A stretch of 64,000 nucleotides of DNA from Terriglobales bacterium (lineage in GTDB: Bacteria; Acidobacteriota; Terriglobia; Terriglobales; Acidobacteriaceae), in assembly GCA_038230455.1 (NCBI GenBank), contig JBBRNF010000007.1, positions 160,293-224,292 of the forward strand. Reading direction: 5' to 3'. A model generated the notes under the pieces. The model saw nothing but the letters and a program-made list of their open reading frames with translations, had not been told where the DNA came from and did no database searches. Positions 18,457 to 26,755 of this stretch are shown piece after piece. Position 1 is the first letter of the stretch. Each line of letters starts with the position of its first letter. Made by a program: the position numbers and the translations under genes.

Positions 18457-21400
18457 ATGAGTCATTTCCCGCGTCTTCGCATCGCGCTATTTGTTGTCCT
18501 GCTGATGAGTGCTTTTAGCGCTGTTGCAAACGCCGTTACGCCCATTCCCGCCAACCATATACGGATCCATTACTTCCGCCCGGACGGTGCGTACGCGGGC
18601 TGGACGATTTACGCGTTCGGCGACACGACGGAGGACACGAATAATTACGGCGGCGGTCCAGTGCAAATTGCGGGCAGCGACAGTTTTGGCGTTTTCTTCG
18701 ACGTAGGGGTGACGTCGGGGGCGAAAAATGTTGGGCTCATCATCCATAACAACTGCTGCAAGGACCCAGGGCCGAATGAGTATGTGAACCCTTCAGTGCA
18801 GGGCAATGAATTCTGGCAGGTGTCGAGCACCACAGAGCTGTTTACGTCGCCACCGAATACCGCGAATGCGAAGAACCCGGCAATTCCAGCAAATGTGGCG
18901 CGGGTGCACTACTACCGGCCCGACAACAACTTTGCCGGGTGGTATGTGTATGCCTTCAACGATACGACGGCCGACACGAACAATTATGGCGGCGGGCCGA
19001 TTCCGGTGGCGGGAACCGACAACTATGGAGCGTACTTCGACGTTCCGCTGAAGTTGAATAATCCGCAGGACATAGGCTTCATCGTTCACAACATCCAGAA
19101 TGGGACGAAGGACACGCCGGACGACCGGCACCTGAATGTCTACCTGTACAACGAGGTGTGGATCATCTCGGGCGATCCGATGCTGTACCTCACCCAGCCA
19201 AGCGCCTCGCAGTTGCTGAACGGGAGCTTTCTCAAGGCGCAGGCGTTCTGGATCGACCGGAGCACGGTGCTGATCCAGCAGGCCTACTTGCAGAACGGCG
19301 GCCAGTACTTCCTGGCGAGCGATCCGGCTGCCGGGTTGGCCTTGACCAACACGGGCGTTACGGGCGGCACGAATGTTCCGTTGACTGCGGGCGGCACATT
19401 GACGGCGGCTCAAAAGGCGCGGTTCCCTCAACTATCGACGGGATATGCAGTGCTGACGCTGCCTGCGACGTTGAAGCAGACCGACTATGATGCGTTGGTT
19501 CGCGGACAGCTGGCGGTCTTCGTCGAGCGGGCGGATGGGTCGTTGACGTATGCGACGGGAGTGCAGGACGCGGGTGCGTTGGATGACTTGTATGCGTATA
19601 CGGGCCGACTGGGTGTGATCGTGCGCGGGTCGTCCTGGGAGGACTACTCCGACTGGAGAGACTTCGACGATGACAATGCGGGCGCGCTCAAGCTGAAGGT
19701 ATGGGCTCCGACGGCACAGTCGATGAATGCGGAGTTGTTCAAGGCGGATGGAGATACAACCCCGGCGAAGACGGTTCCGATGCATGAGCACAACGGAGTG
19801 TGGGTGGTGACGCTGGATTCAACCTGGATCGGCAAGTACTATCTGCTGGAAGAGAAGGTCTATGCGCCGAGCGTGCGGAGCGTTGTAGATAACGTGGTCA
19901 CGGACCCCTACTCCATCGATCTGGCGCTGAATGCGACGAAGAGCCGCTTCACGGATATGAATGCGCGGGAGAACACGCCGACTGGTTGGAAGGACGATAA
20001 GGCTCCTGCACTGGCGCGGGTGAACGACCTGAGCATCTACGAGCTGCATGTCCGCGACTTCAGCATCGGCGATGCGACGGTGCCAGCGGAGCATCGCGGC
20101 ACGTACCTCGCGTTTACCGATAACCACTCGGACGGCATGAGGCACCTGAATCAGTTGGCCGCCTCGGGACTGAAGGCGATCCATCTGCTGCCGACATTCC
20201 ACTTCAACAGCATCAACGAAGACAAGACGACGTGGCTTGCGACGCCAAGCTTGAGCGGGTTTGCGCCAGACAGCCAGTCTCAGCAGGCGGCGGTGACCGC
20301 AGTGCAGAGCGCAGACGGCTACAACTGGGGCTACGATCCGGACCACTATCTGGCTCCGGAAGGTGGTTATGCGGTGAATCCGTCGTTCCGGGTGAGGGAG
20401 TACCGGCAGATGGTGATGGGACTGCACAGAGCGGGCTTGCGGGTGATCCAGGACGTGGTGTTCAACCATACGAGCGGATTTGGACAGGCGAACAATTCGA
20501 TCCTGGACAAGGTCGTTCCGAACTATTACAACCGGCTGGACAACGACGGCAATCTGGAGACGGGATCGTGCTGCGCCGACACCGCGACCGAGCACCTGAT
20601 GATGGGCAAGCTACAGCAGGACGCGATCTTGTGGAATGTGAAGAAGTACAAGATCGATGGGTTCCGCTTCGACATCTTGAGCTTCACGTTTATCCAAAAC
20701 ATCAACCAGATTCAACAGGAGCTGGCGAAGCTGACGCTGGCAAAGGACGGCGTGGACGGGTCGAAGGTGTATATCTACGGCGAGGGCTTCAACTTCGGCG
20801 AGACGGCGAACAGCGCGCTGGGGTTGAACGCTTCGCAACTGAACCTCTACGGGAACGGAGTGGGTACTTTCAACGATCGCATCCGGGACGGTGTGCGGGG
20901 CGGCGGCCCGTTCGACGATGAGCGGGTGCAGGGCTTCGCGACTGGCCTGTTCAATGATCCAAGCACCTACACGACCAGCAATACGGCCTCTTCCGCCCAG
21001 TTGAATACGCTCCTGCACAGGACCGATTGGATCAAGATCGGGCTTACAGGCAACCTGCGCGACTACAGCTTCGTGGACGCGACGGGCGTCACCCGGACCG
21101 GAGCGCAACTCGACTACCAGGGGCAGCCGACCGGCTACACGGCGACGCCGATCGAGGCGATCAACTACGTATCGGTGCATGACAACCAGGACTTATTCGA
21201 CGCGATCCAGGTGAAGGCGTCGGCGGCGGACACAGCAGCGACGAGGGCTCGGCGGCAGGTGCTGGCAATGAGCCTGGTTGAGCTGGGTCAGGGCATTCCC
21301 TTCTTTCAGGCGGGCGACGACCTGTTACGGTCTAAGGACATGGACCAGAACAGTTACGATTCGGGCGACTGGTTCAACAAGATCGACTGGACGGGGCTGG

Positions 21401-21909
21401 GGAACAACTGGGGGATCGGGCTGCCGATCGCGAGCCAGAACAGCAGTCAATGGTCGTTCCAACAACCGCTGCTGGCGAACGGCGCGCTGAAGCCGCTCTC
21501 GACGGAGATCGCGGCGACGACCGCAGCGTTCCAGGAGTTCCTGAAAATCCGCGACAGCTCCGGCCTGTTCCGGATGGGTACATTCACCGAGGTGCAGAAC
21601 AACCTGCACTTCCTCAACAGCGGTACAGCCCAGACTCCAGGGCTGATCGTGATGGAGTTGGACGCAAACGGCGGCCGCTACGGCCGCTACGGGCACATCG
21701 TTGTCGTCTCCAACGCAAATACGACGCAGCAGAGCTATACGGCAAGCGCGCTGGCGGGGCTGGATCTGCGGCTGCACCCGGTGCAAAAGTACGGTAGCGA
21801 TGTAGTCGTGAAGACGGCAACGTTCGATCTGAAGACCGGGACACTGGTGGTGCCGGGGCTAACGACGGCGGTGTTCGTGAACGGTAGCGAGGGAGACAAC
21901 GGGCACTAA
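18457..21909 (+). CDS. Pullulanase-type alpha-1,6-glucosidase (GH13) with two N-terminal CBM41-like repeats
   Basis: GGAG RBS before the ATG at 18457, and signal peptide MSHFPRLRIALFVVLLMSAFSAVANA. Two ~110-aa repeats are present (IRIHYFRPDGAYAGWTIYAFGDTT.. / ARVHYYRPDNNFAGWYVYAFNDTT..). GH13 motifs are VIQDVVFNHT, IDGFRFDIL, YIYGEGFNF and YVSVHDN. Confidence 0.85.
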   Translation: MSHFPRLRIALFVVLLMSAFSAVANAVTPIPANHIRIHYFRPDGAYAGWTIYAFGDTTEDTNNYGGGPVQIAGSDSFGVFFDVGVTSGAKNVGLIIHNNCCKDPGPNEYVNPSVQGNEFWQVSSTTELFTSPPNTANAKNPAIPANVARVHYYRPDNNFAGWYVYAFNDTTADTNNYGGGPIPVAGTDNYGAYFDVPLKLNNPQDIGFIVHNIQNGTKDTPDDRHLNVYLYNEVWIISGDPMLYLTQPSASQLLNGSFLKAQAFWIDRSTVLIQQAYLQNGGQYFLASDPAAGLALTNTGVTGGTNVPLTAGGTLTAAQKARFPQLSTGYAVLTLPATLKQTDYDALVRGQLAVFVERADGSLTYATGVQDAGALDDLYAYTGRLGVIVRGSSWEDYSDWRDFDDDNAGALKLKVWAPTAQSMNAELFKADGDTTPAKTVPMHEHNGVWVVTLDSTWIGKYYLLEEKVYAPSVRSVVDNVVTDPYSIDLALNATKSRFTDMNARENTPTGWKDDKAPALARVNDLSIYELHVRDFSIGDATVPAEHRGTYLAFTDNHSDGMRHLNQLAASGLKAIHLLPTFHFNSINEDKTTWLATPSLSGFAPDSQSQQAAVTAVQSADGYNWGYDPDHYLAPEGGYAVNPSFRVREYRQMVMGLHRAGLRVIQDVVFNHTSGFGQANNSILDKVVPNYYNRLDNDGNLETGSCCADTATEHLMMGKLQQDAILWNVKKYKIDGFRFDILSFTFIQNINQIQQELAKLTLAKDGVDGSKVYIYGEGFNFGETANSALGLNASQLNLYGNGVGTFNDRIRDGVRGGGPFDDERVQGFATGLFNDPSTYTTSNTASSAQLNTLLHRTDWIKIGLTGNLRDYSFVDATGVTRTGAQLDYQGQPTGYTATPIEAINYVSVHDNQDLFDAIQVKASAADTAATRARRQVLAMSLVELGQGIPFFQAGDDLLRSKDMDQNSYDSGDWFNKIDWTGLGNNWGIGLPIASQNSSQWSFQQPLLANGALKPLSTEIAATTAAFQEFLKIRDSSGLFRMGTFTEVQNNLHFLNSGTAQTPGLIVMELDANGGRYGRYGHIVVVSNANTTQQSYTASALAGLDLRLHPVQKYGSDVVVKTATFDLKTGTLVVPGLTTAVFVNGSEGDNGH

Positions 21910-21944
21910 TCACCGCTGCCCACTTCGGACGAAGATAGGAGACG

Positions 21945-21980
21945 GTCGGCCTGGCTAATTAGCCAGGCCGACTTCTCATT
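21945..21980 (+). terminator. Putative rho-independent terminator after the pullulanase gene
   Basis: 12-bp perfect stem GTCGGCCTGGCT/AGCCAGGCCGAC with loop AATT (21945-21972), followed by TTCTCATT (a weak U-tract). Confidence 0.5.
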
Positions 21981-22165
21981 CGGCACAGGGAAAGCGCCAC
22001 GTCAAGCTTAGTGCCGATCTAGTTTCTTGCAGGCGTAGCGGCGAATTGCGAACTGGCAAAAAGAGGATTGTTGGCTCCAAATTGCGCCTCCGACTTGAGG
22101 GCAGAAAGTTCAGTTTCAGCGAACCGCCGACGCCGGCCGTTTCAGGGCCGCGCGATGCTGTACTT

Positions 22166-22357
22166 TTAACTACTTAGTCGTTCCCGAACGACGCTTAAGT
22201 CCGTGGAACGGCGGGCAAGACGGCCTGGTTGCGGGTGCGAAATGCGGTGTGAAACGTTGGACACCAGACCGGCCCCACGCGCACGTTCTTCCAGCATGGC
22301 GAACTCCGCCTCGCTGACCTTGGTGCCGACTGATTTTGTACGGAGCGGCGGCTTCAT
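22166..22357 (-). CDS. Small ribbon-helix-helix-like protein (MobC/CopG-like) or remnant of one
   Basis: MKPPLRTKSVGTKVSEAEFAMLEERARGAGL resembles the RT+x+V+xEE+xxLxxxAxxAGLS N-terminus of MobC/RHH accessory proteins. The remainder is not recognisable. The call is weak. Confidence 0.25.
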   Translation of the reverse strand: MKPPLRTKSVGTKVSEAEFAMLEERARGAGLVSNVSHRISHPQPGRLARRSTDLSVVRERLSS

Positions 22358-22727
22358 CGCGCACCGCCTGACTGGATTGTGAGGGACTGGCCGCACACTG
22401 CCTGTGCGTCGGGGAGAAGACAGCAAGGGGGCCGGAGGCGGGCTAAGGGGTTGAGACTCATATGGTTCCCCAACAGCAACGTGCGCTCACCTCTAGGGTA
22501 CGCCGCTCAGACCGTTTTTTCTATTAGCCGCTTGTTTTCATATAGTTCCCGCACAGGAACCCAAGGTTACTCCGCAGCACCCATTCTGGGGTGACGTGTC
22601 ATGCCTACAGCCGATGCGAAGCAGCGTGGTTTTTCTCTAGGTCGGCACGGCTCTCGGATGGAGCCACAGACGCAGCAAGGCCGCCCCCGAAGGGACGGCC
22701 TGCGAGAACTGCACCTACTCGACAGAA

Positions 22728-23117
22728 CTATGCATCGGTTACCTTCTCAAACGAGTTCCTGATCCAGGAAATCACAGAGAGAACCTCCGTTTCAATCGCC
22801 CACAGCGAACTGTCGATCACCTCTAGATGGATTATCTCTTCAGAAGGTTCGACCTGAGTCTTCGCAACCAAGGTTAGATTAATCACCTCATCGATCTTCC
22901 CCGACGTGGATATCAGCTCTTCCCAGGCCATGCAGACGCCGTCTGCTCGACTGGACACCTTCGTTTCAAAAACCAGGATATCTTTGCCAACTGCTTCGAT
23001 ATCCTCGAAACACCATTGGTAACTGCGGACCTCTAGGGGCATCGAGGAAAGGATTTGGGTTAGGTCGAACTTCAATGCCCCACCTGAGTCAAGATCAAAT
23101 ATTTCGAGTCTTTTCAT
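22728..23117 (-). CDS. Candidate cytoplasmic immunity protein for RHS-CT cassette 2
   Basis: 129-aa acidic protein with no signal peptide that starts 7 nt after the stop of the upstream toxin-tip ORF. It lies in a lower-GC region. No recognisable motif, so the assignment is by position only. Confidence 0.5.
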   Translation of the reverse strand: MKRLEIFDLDSGGALKFDLTQILSSMPLEVRSYQWCFEDIEAVGKDILVFETKVSSRADGVCMAWEELISTSGKIDEVINLTLVAKTQVEPSEEIIHLEVIDSSLWAIETEVLSVISWIRNSFEKVTDA

Positions 23118-23124
23118 CGTGACC

Positions 23125-23883
23125 TCAAGAACTTGGCGGGGGCTTAGGAGTAGGCGGTTTTGGATCGACCGGCTGTTGAGGCATCCGCTTTCCGTCGCTG
23201 GGACGGTACGGGTGCTCGTGAGGAACGTCAGGATGCTCCTTAGGTCGACCGTGATCTGTATGGTCTATGTCCTTAACTGGCTTGCCGTTCGCATCAAATT
23301 TCACGTCCTTGCACATAGGACCAGCCCTCCCGTCTTTGACACCTAGTTGCGTATGCGGATTGCCAGCCGCTTCGGCATCCGGGACGGGTCTTCCATCTTT
23401 GTCTCTGGGTAGAGGATCCTGCGCTGTTCTCGGCTGGGTTGCGCCGACAGGAGCCGCCGGGGAAAGAGCGGACGACACAGCATTGCTTAGGTTCGCGATT
23501 GCAGCTTGTCCTTGCGGGGAATGGATGTACGCTTCCACGGCGACCGTTGCGGCAGTCGCAACAGCAGCAACCGCGATATAAGTGGCTACGCCCTCCCCGA
23601 TACAAAGATCCCAGAAACAGTGCCCATCTTTATCCGCACGAGCCAGCGGGTTGTTTCTGACGTACTGATACAGGTTCAACGTCTGTGGATCATCCAGCGA
23701 CGAATAGGGCACGGCTTCCGGCTTGTCAGCCCAGTCTGGGCTCATCCATCGCCCCATGTTGCTGGCATAGTACCTGGCCCCGAAGTAGTCGAGGCCCGAC
23801 TCTGCATCTCTTTCTTTGCCGGTATAACGAGATTTGAAGAGCACAAGGTGTGGAGCGCAGTCATAGATGAATGCGGTTTGCAT
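23125..23883 (-). CDS. Orphan RHS C-terminal cassette 2 (core-end motif + unrelated His-rich C-terminal domain)
   Basis: From the ATG at 23883 (7 nt after the preceding stop): YTGKERDAESGLDYFGARYYASNMGRWMSPDW...NLYQYVRNNPLARADKDGH is the end of the RHS-associated core. It is followed by a hydrophobic helix and GNPHTQLG...DIDHTDHGRPKEHPDVPHEHPY and a Pro-rich tail. The track ORF (to 24117) overlaps the upstream gene and is probably too long. Confidence 0.7.
   Translation of the reverse strand: MQTAFIYDCAPHLVLFKSRYTGKERDAESGLDYFGARYYASNMGRWMSPDWADKPEAVPYSSLDDPQTLNLYQYVRNNPLARADKDGHCFWDLCIGEGVATYIAVAAVATAATVAVEAYIHSPQGQAAIANLSNAVSSALSPAAPVGATQPRTAQDPLPRDKDGRPVPDAEAAGNPHTQLGVKDGRAGPMCKDVKFDANGKPVKDIDHTDHGRPKEHPDVPHEHPYRPSDGKRMPQQPVDPKPPTPKPPPSS
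23620..23826 (-). repeat. RHS core-end homology block, copy 2
   Basis: This 207 nt encodes YTGKERD...DKDGH. It is clearly homologous at DNA level to 25115-25321 (e.g. gtacctggccccgaagtagtc / gtacctagccccgaagtagtc, ctctttctttgccggta in both). Confidence 0.7.
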
Positions 23884-23890
23884 CGTACAT

Positions 23891-24586
23891 TCAACGGGGT
23901 ATCGCGCCGACCTTCCTTTCAGCGCGAGCCTTGATCGTTGCCTTCTCCTTTGACAGTACTGAGATGGGAATCGGAGTTCCGAATACGTTATAGGACTTGC
24001 GGGTTGTGTAGCTGTCCAGTGTCCTATATCGTCCAACCGCCGAATCGAAGTAGAACGTCCGAATTTGATATTTGTGTTCACCCTCAATAGTGGCGTCCGG
24101 CACGCTTGTGAATTCACCGATGCTTACGAGAGGGAACCGCGACACAACCCGATCAAACCACATTTGATGGTCGCCTTGCCTAGAGAGCACAATCTTAGGC
24201 AGCAAATTCTCCAACATGGCGGAGCTTGGGTTGTAAACCACTGCTGCAAGCCAGAGAGCCGTCCCGCTCCCGCCGGAATTTTGAGTTGCCGAGAAAAGTC
24301 CGATCTGAGTCTTCTCACCTATGGGGAACGGGAAGAAACTGATGAGTGGTGAATCAAAATACAGGTCATTTCCCTCGCCTGCCTGAAGACAGTGCTTATT
24401 CAAATCACCCTCTATGGCGAAGCAGACTTCAGCGTAGCCTTTCGGGTCATCCGGATCACCCGCGTGTAATTCATATGAGGCCGGTTTGGAGGCCCCATAG
24501 AGAATTACTAGAGGCTGACTCAGAATCTGGCAAGAAGCAGATAGGAGCAAAATAAGTGCCACCAATAAACTTTTAATCATCGTCAT
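23891..24586 (-). CDS. Candidate exported (signal peptide / possible lipoprotein) immunity protein for RHS-CT cassette 1
   Basis: MTMIKSLLVALILLLSASCQ signal. The gene starts 9 nt after the stop of the upstream toxin-tip ORF. No recognisable family motif. Confidence 0.5.
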   Translation of the reverse strand: MTMIKSLLVALILLLSASCQILSQPLVILYGASKPASYELHAGDPDDPKGYAEVCFAIEGDLNKHCLQAGEGNDLYFDSPLISFFPFPIGEKTQIGLFSATQNSGGSGTALWLAAVVYNPSSAMLENLLPKIVLSRQGDHQMWFDRVVSRFPLVSIGEFTSVPDATIEGEHKYQIRTFYFDSAVGRYRTLDSYTTRKSYNVFGTPIPISVLSKEKATIKARAERKVGAIPR

Positions 24587-24595
24587 CTCCTGTCT

Positions 24596-25756
24596 TCAAT
24601 TTGTCTTTGGTTGTGGCGGGGTCGGCGGGGGGGGAGGGGTGGGCGCAGGTGCAGGCGTTGGAGCGGGTGTAGGTGCCGGTGTTGGCGCAGGTGTCGGCTG
24701 TGGTACGACGGTTCCCGTTTTGTTTCCTTCTCGCTGAGTCTGAGCAGCTTCCATTTTCTTGCGCTGTTCAGGCGTAAGGTCGCTGATTTTTGTCCCCGGT
24801 GGAACTCCCGCAGCAGCTGCCAATGCAGCCAAATAAGCTGCTTGAATGGCTGCGGGATCTCCTTTGGTCCACTCTTTGACTGCATCCTCAAGGCTTAAGT
24901 CTTGATACTTTGGCCTTTGCCACTGTGCATCTTGAGCTGCCTGACCCACGTCCATTGATAGGAAAATCGCGAATCCTCCGGAGTCCTGACCGATAGCGCC
25001 AAGTTTCTTCGCTAGACCACTGTAGGCCATGTTTCCAGGATTATTGTTTCTCCAAGATCTGTCTCCGCCGACTTTCGTTTCGCCTCCATATTGGGTCTTG
25101 CATTTAGGACACTCGTGCCCGTCTTCATCAACTTGGGATAAGGGATTGTTATTTACGTAGGCATAGAGGTTCAACGACTGAGGGTTCGAGAGTTCTGCGT
25201 AAGGGATCGGCGTTGGTTTTGAATACCAGTCCGGCGACATAAACCGGCCCATTGAGCTTGCGTAGTACCTAGCCCCGAAGTAGTCGTTGCCTGATTCTGT
25301 ATCTCTTTCTTTGCCGGTAAACTTGTACTTGGTATTGTCACCATCGGGTGGCTGCGGCCCGATGTAGTTCACCGTATTTCCATCAATGACTTCCTGCCCG
25401 AACGGCGTGAACTGTCCCTGCCACACCGGCCATCCGCCTGCGCTCAACTCCATCTGCGTCGTGCCGAGATAATCATTGAGATAGTAGTTGGTGTTCACGG
25501 TTGCGTCCGGAGTAGCGGTCTGCTCGGTAGCGAATACGAAATCGTGGCCCCCACAGGGATTCCAGAGGCTTCCACTGATTGCTTGACCAGTCATCAGACG
25601 AAGGACGCTCCCATCCTTGCGCGCGATGACCATAGTAGCAAACCAAACATCCCACTTACCCGGACCGATGGGTGTACCAACCATCCCAGAAATCAAAAAC
25701 CGCTTTCGACCCAATGACGGATGGAAAGCGGAGGCAAGACTTTCGCAAGGAACCAT
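24596..25756 (-). CDS. Orphan, 5'-truncated RHS C-terminal cassette 1 (core end + divergent C-terminal domain with PT-rich tail)
   Basis: NYYLNDYLGTTQMEL...FTGKERDTESGNDYFGARYYASSMGRFMSPDW...NLYAYVNNNPLSQVDEDGH is the RHS core end. It is followed by ~170 aa of unrelated sequence (CPKCK, WRNNNPGNM, (PTPA)n tail). Only ~215 aa precede the tip. The frame is closed by an in-frame TAG inside the tRNA gene that begins 18 nt upstream. Confidence 0.75.
   Translation of the reverse strand: MVPCESLASAFHPSLGRKRFLISGMVGTPIGPGKWDVWFATMVIARKDGSVLRLMTGQAISGSLWNPCGGHDFVFATEQTATPDATVNTNYYLNDYLGTTQMELSAGGWPVWQGQFTPFGQEVIDGNTVNYIGPQPPDGDNTKYKFTGKERDTESGNDYFGARYYASSMGRFMSPDWYSKPTPIPYAELSNPQSLNLYAYVNNNPLSQVDEDGHECPKCKTQYGGETKVGGDRSWRNNNPGNMAYSGLAKKLGAIGQDSGGFAIFLSMDVGQAAQDAQWQRPKYQDLSLEDAVKEWTKGDPAAIQAAYLAALAAAAGVPPGTKISDLTPEQRKKMEAAQTQREGNKTGTVVPQPTPAPTPAPTPAPTPAPAPTPPPPPTPPQPKTN
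25115..25321 (-). repeat. RHS core-end homology block, copy 1
   Basis: This 207 nt encodes FTGKERD...DEDGH and is a paralogue of 23620-23826. Confidence 0.7.
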
Positions 25757-25774
25757 CTGAGTTATGGAAAGGGA

Positions 25775-25851
25775 TGGTAGGCACGTCCGGATTCGAACCG
25801 GAGACCTCTACCGTGTCAAGGTAGCGCTCTAACCAACTGAGCTACGCGCCT
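25775..25851 (-). tRNA. tRNA-Val (anticodon GAC), CCA encoded
   Basis: Reverse complement AGGCGCGTAGCTCAGTTGGTTAGAGCGCTACCTTGACACGGTAGAGGTCTCCGGTTCGAATCCGGACGTGCCTACCA. It has a 7-bp acceptor stem (one G-U), D arm GCTC/GAGC, anticodon stem CTACC/GGTAG with loop TTGACAC, and T arm TCCGG/CCGGA with loop TTCGAAT. Confidence 0.95.
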
Positions 25852-25899
25852 TCATGCGTTCGTTCAGTCTACCGCGAACCCCCAGGCCGCCGCAACAAC

Positions 25900-26562
25900 C
25901 TAGACATCGGGCGGCGCTCCCACCGCCACCACCGGATGCGACTGCACCCGCCGAATCACGATCCACGCGTACTCCGCCGCAGACACCGGCGCGAGCACGG
26001 CAATGGTTTTTAGCAGCAGCGCCTTCAGCCCCAGCAGGTGCGGAGCCGCCACCACCTGGCATGTCATCACCGTTAGGAGGCCCAGTATCTGGATCGCCGT
26101 GTTGGCCTTGCCCAGCATGCTGGGCCGGAAGTCGCGCAGCATGCCAGTCGCGAAGAGCAGCGTCGCAATCAGCAGAATCCCCAGGTCGCGGCTGAACACC
26201 AGCACCGTCACATACCGCGGAATCACACCAACGTGCATCAGCACCAGGAACAGCGTGCTCATCAGCAGTTTGTCCGCGATCGGATCAAGATACAGCCCCA
26301 GCGTCGTCTTCTGCTTCAACAGCCGCGCGGCCAGCCCGTCCAGGCCGTCGCTTACACCCGCAATCCACAACAGCGCAAACGCCAGCTTCCAGTGACCGTC
26401 CAGTATCTCGATCACCAGGAATGGCAACACAAACAGCCGCAGCATAGTCAGCAGGTTAGGGGCGGCGCGGAATTGGCGAATCGTGTTCAAAGCAGGCAAA
26501 TTGTCCCGGACGATCGAAAGGACTATCGCATAGTAGCTGATTAACTCCACAACTTTTCGCAC
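25900..26562 (-). CDS. CDP-alcohol phosphatidyltransferase (PgsA-like)
   Basis: SDGLDGLAARLLKQKTTLGLYLDPIADK matches D(x)2DG(x)2AR(x)8G(x)3D(x)3D. The protein is multi-TM. The track start is a GTG, so the N-terminus is uncertain. Confidence 0.8.
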   Translation of the reverse strand: MRKVVELISYYAIVLSIVRDNLPALNTIRQFRAAPNLLTMLRLFVLPFLVIEILDGHWKLAFALLWIAGVSDGLDGLAARLLKQKTTLGLYLDPIADKLLMSTLFLVLMHVGVIPRYVTVLVFSRDLGILLIATLLFATGMLRDFRPSMLGKANTAIQILGLLTVMTCQVVAAPHLLGLKALLLKTIAVLAPVSAAEYAWIVIRRVQSHPVVAVGAPPDV

Positions 26563-26755
26563 GAGGGCGAGCTAACCGAAGCCTGCGCCACGGACGGGTT
26601 GCCGCACGAGGACTTGTGCGCTGCAGACGCGAGTCTTTCGGCTAGGCCGAAGGCCCAGGAAGCGAGTAATCTCCAGTGCCGATCGTGCAGCAGGAGCAAG
26701 CCTGGCCACGATGGGACGTTGCGAACAACGACTCAACAATCGCTACACTGGGAGC

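Noticed and set aside
24599-24703. Short-period DNA repeat (ggtgc/ggcgc units) considered as a tandem repeat or CRISPR-like array
   Set aside because: It is simply the coding sequence of the (PTPA)n Pro/Thr-rich tail of RHS tip 1. It has no spacer/repeat organisation, and similar PA-rich tails occur in other proteins of this window (e.g. the end of 47307-48584).
25775-25810. Search for a direct repeat of the tRNA-Val 3' end that would mark an att site of an integrated island
   Set aside because: Reading 21910-22727 by eye, no copy of ggattcgaacc or adjacent tRNA sequence was found, and no integrase gene is present. The region is therefore described as a tRNA-adjacent accessory segment, not as a bounded integrative element. 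A computational repeat search is still needed.
25829-26195. ORFs of 77 and 113 aa overlapping the tRNA and the 3' end of the pgsA-like gene
   Set aside because: They overlap a tRNA gene and a well-supported CDS. The products are Gly/Ala/Pro/Arg low complexity.
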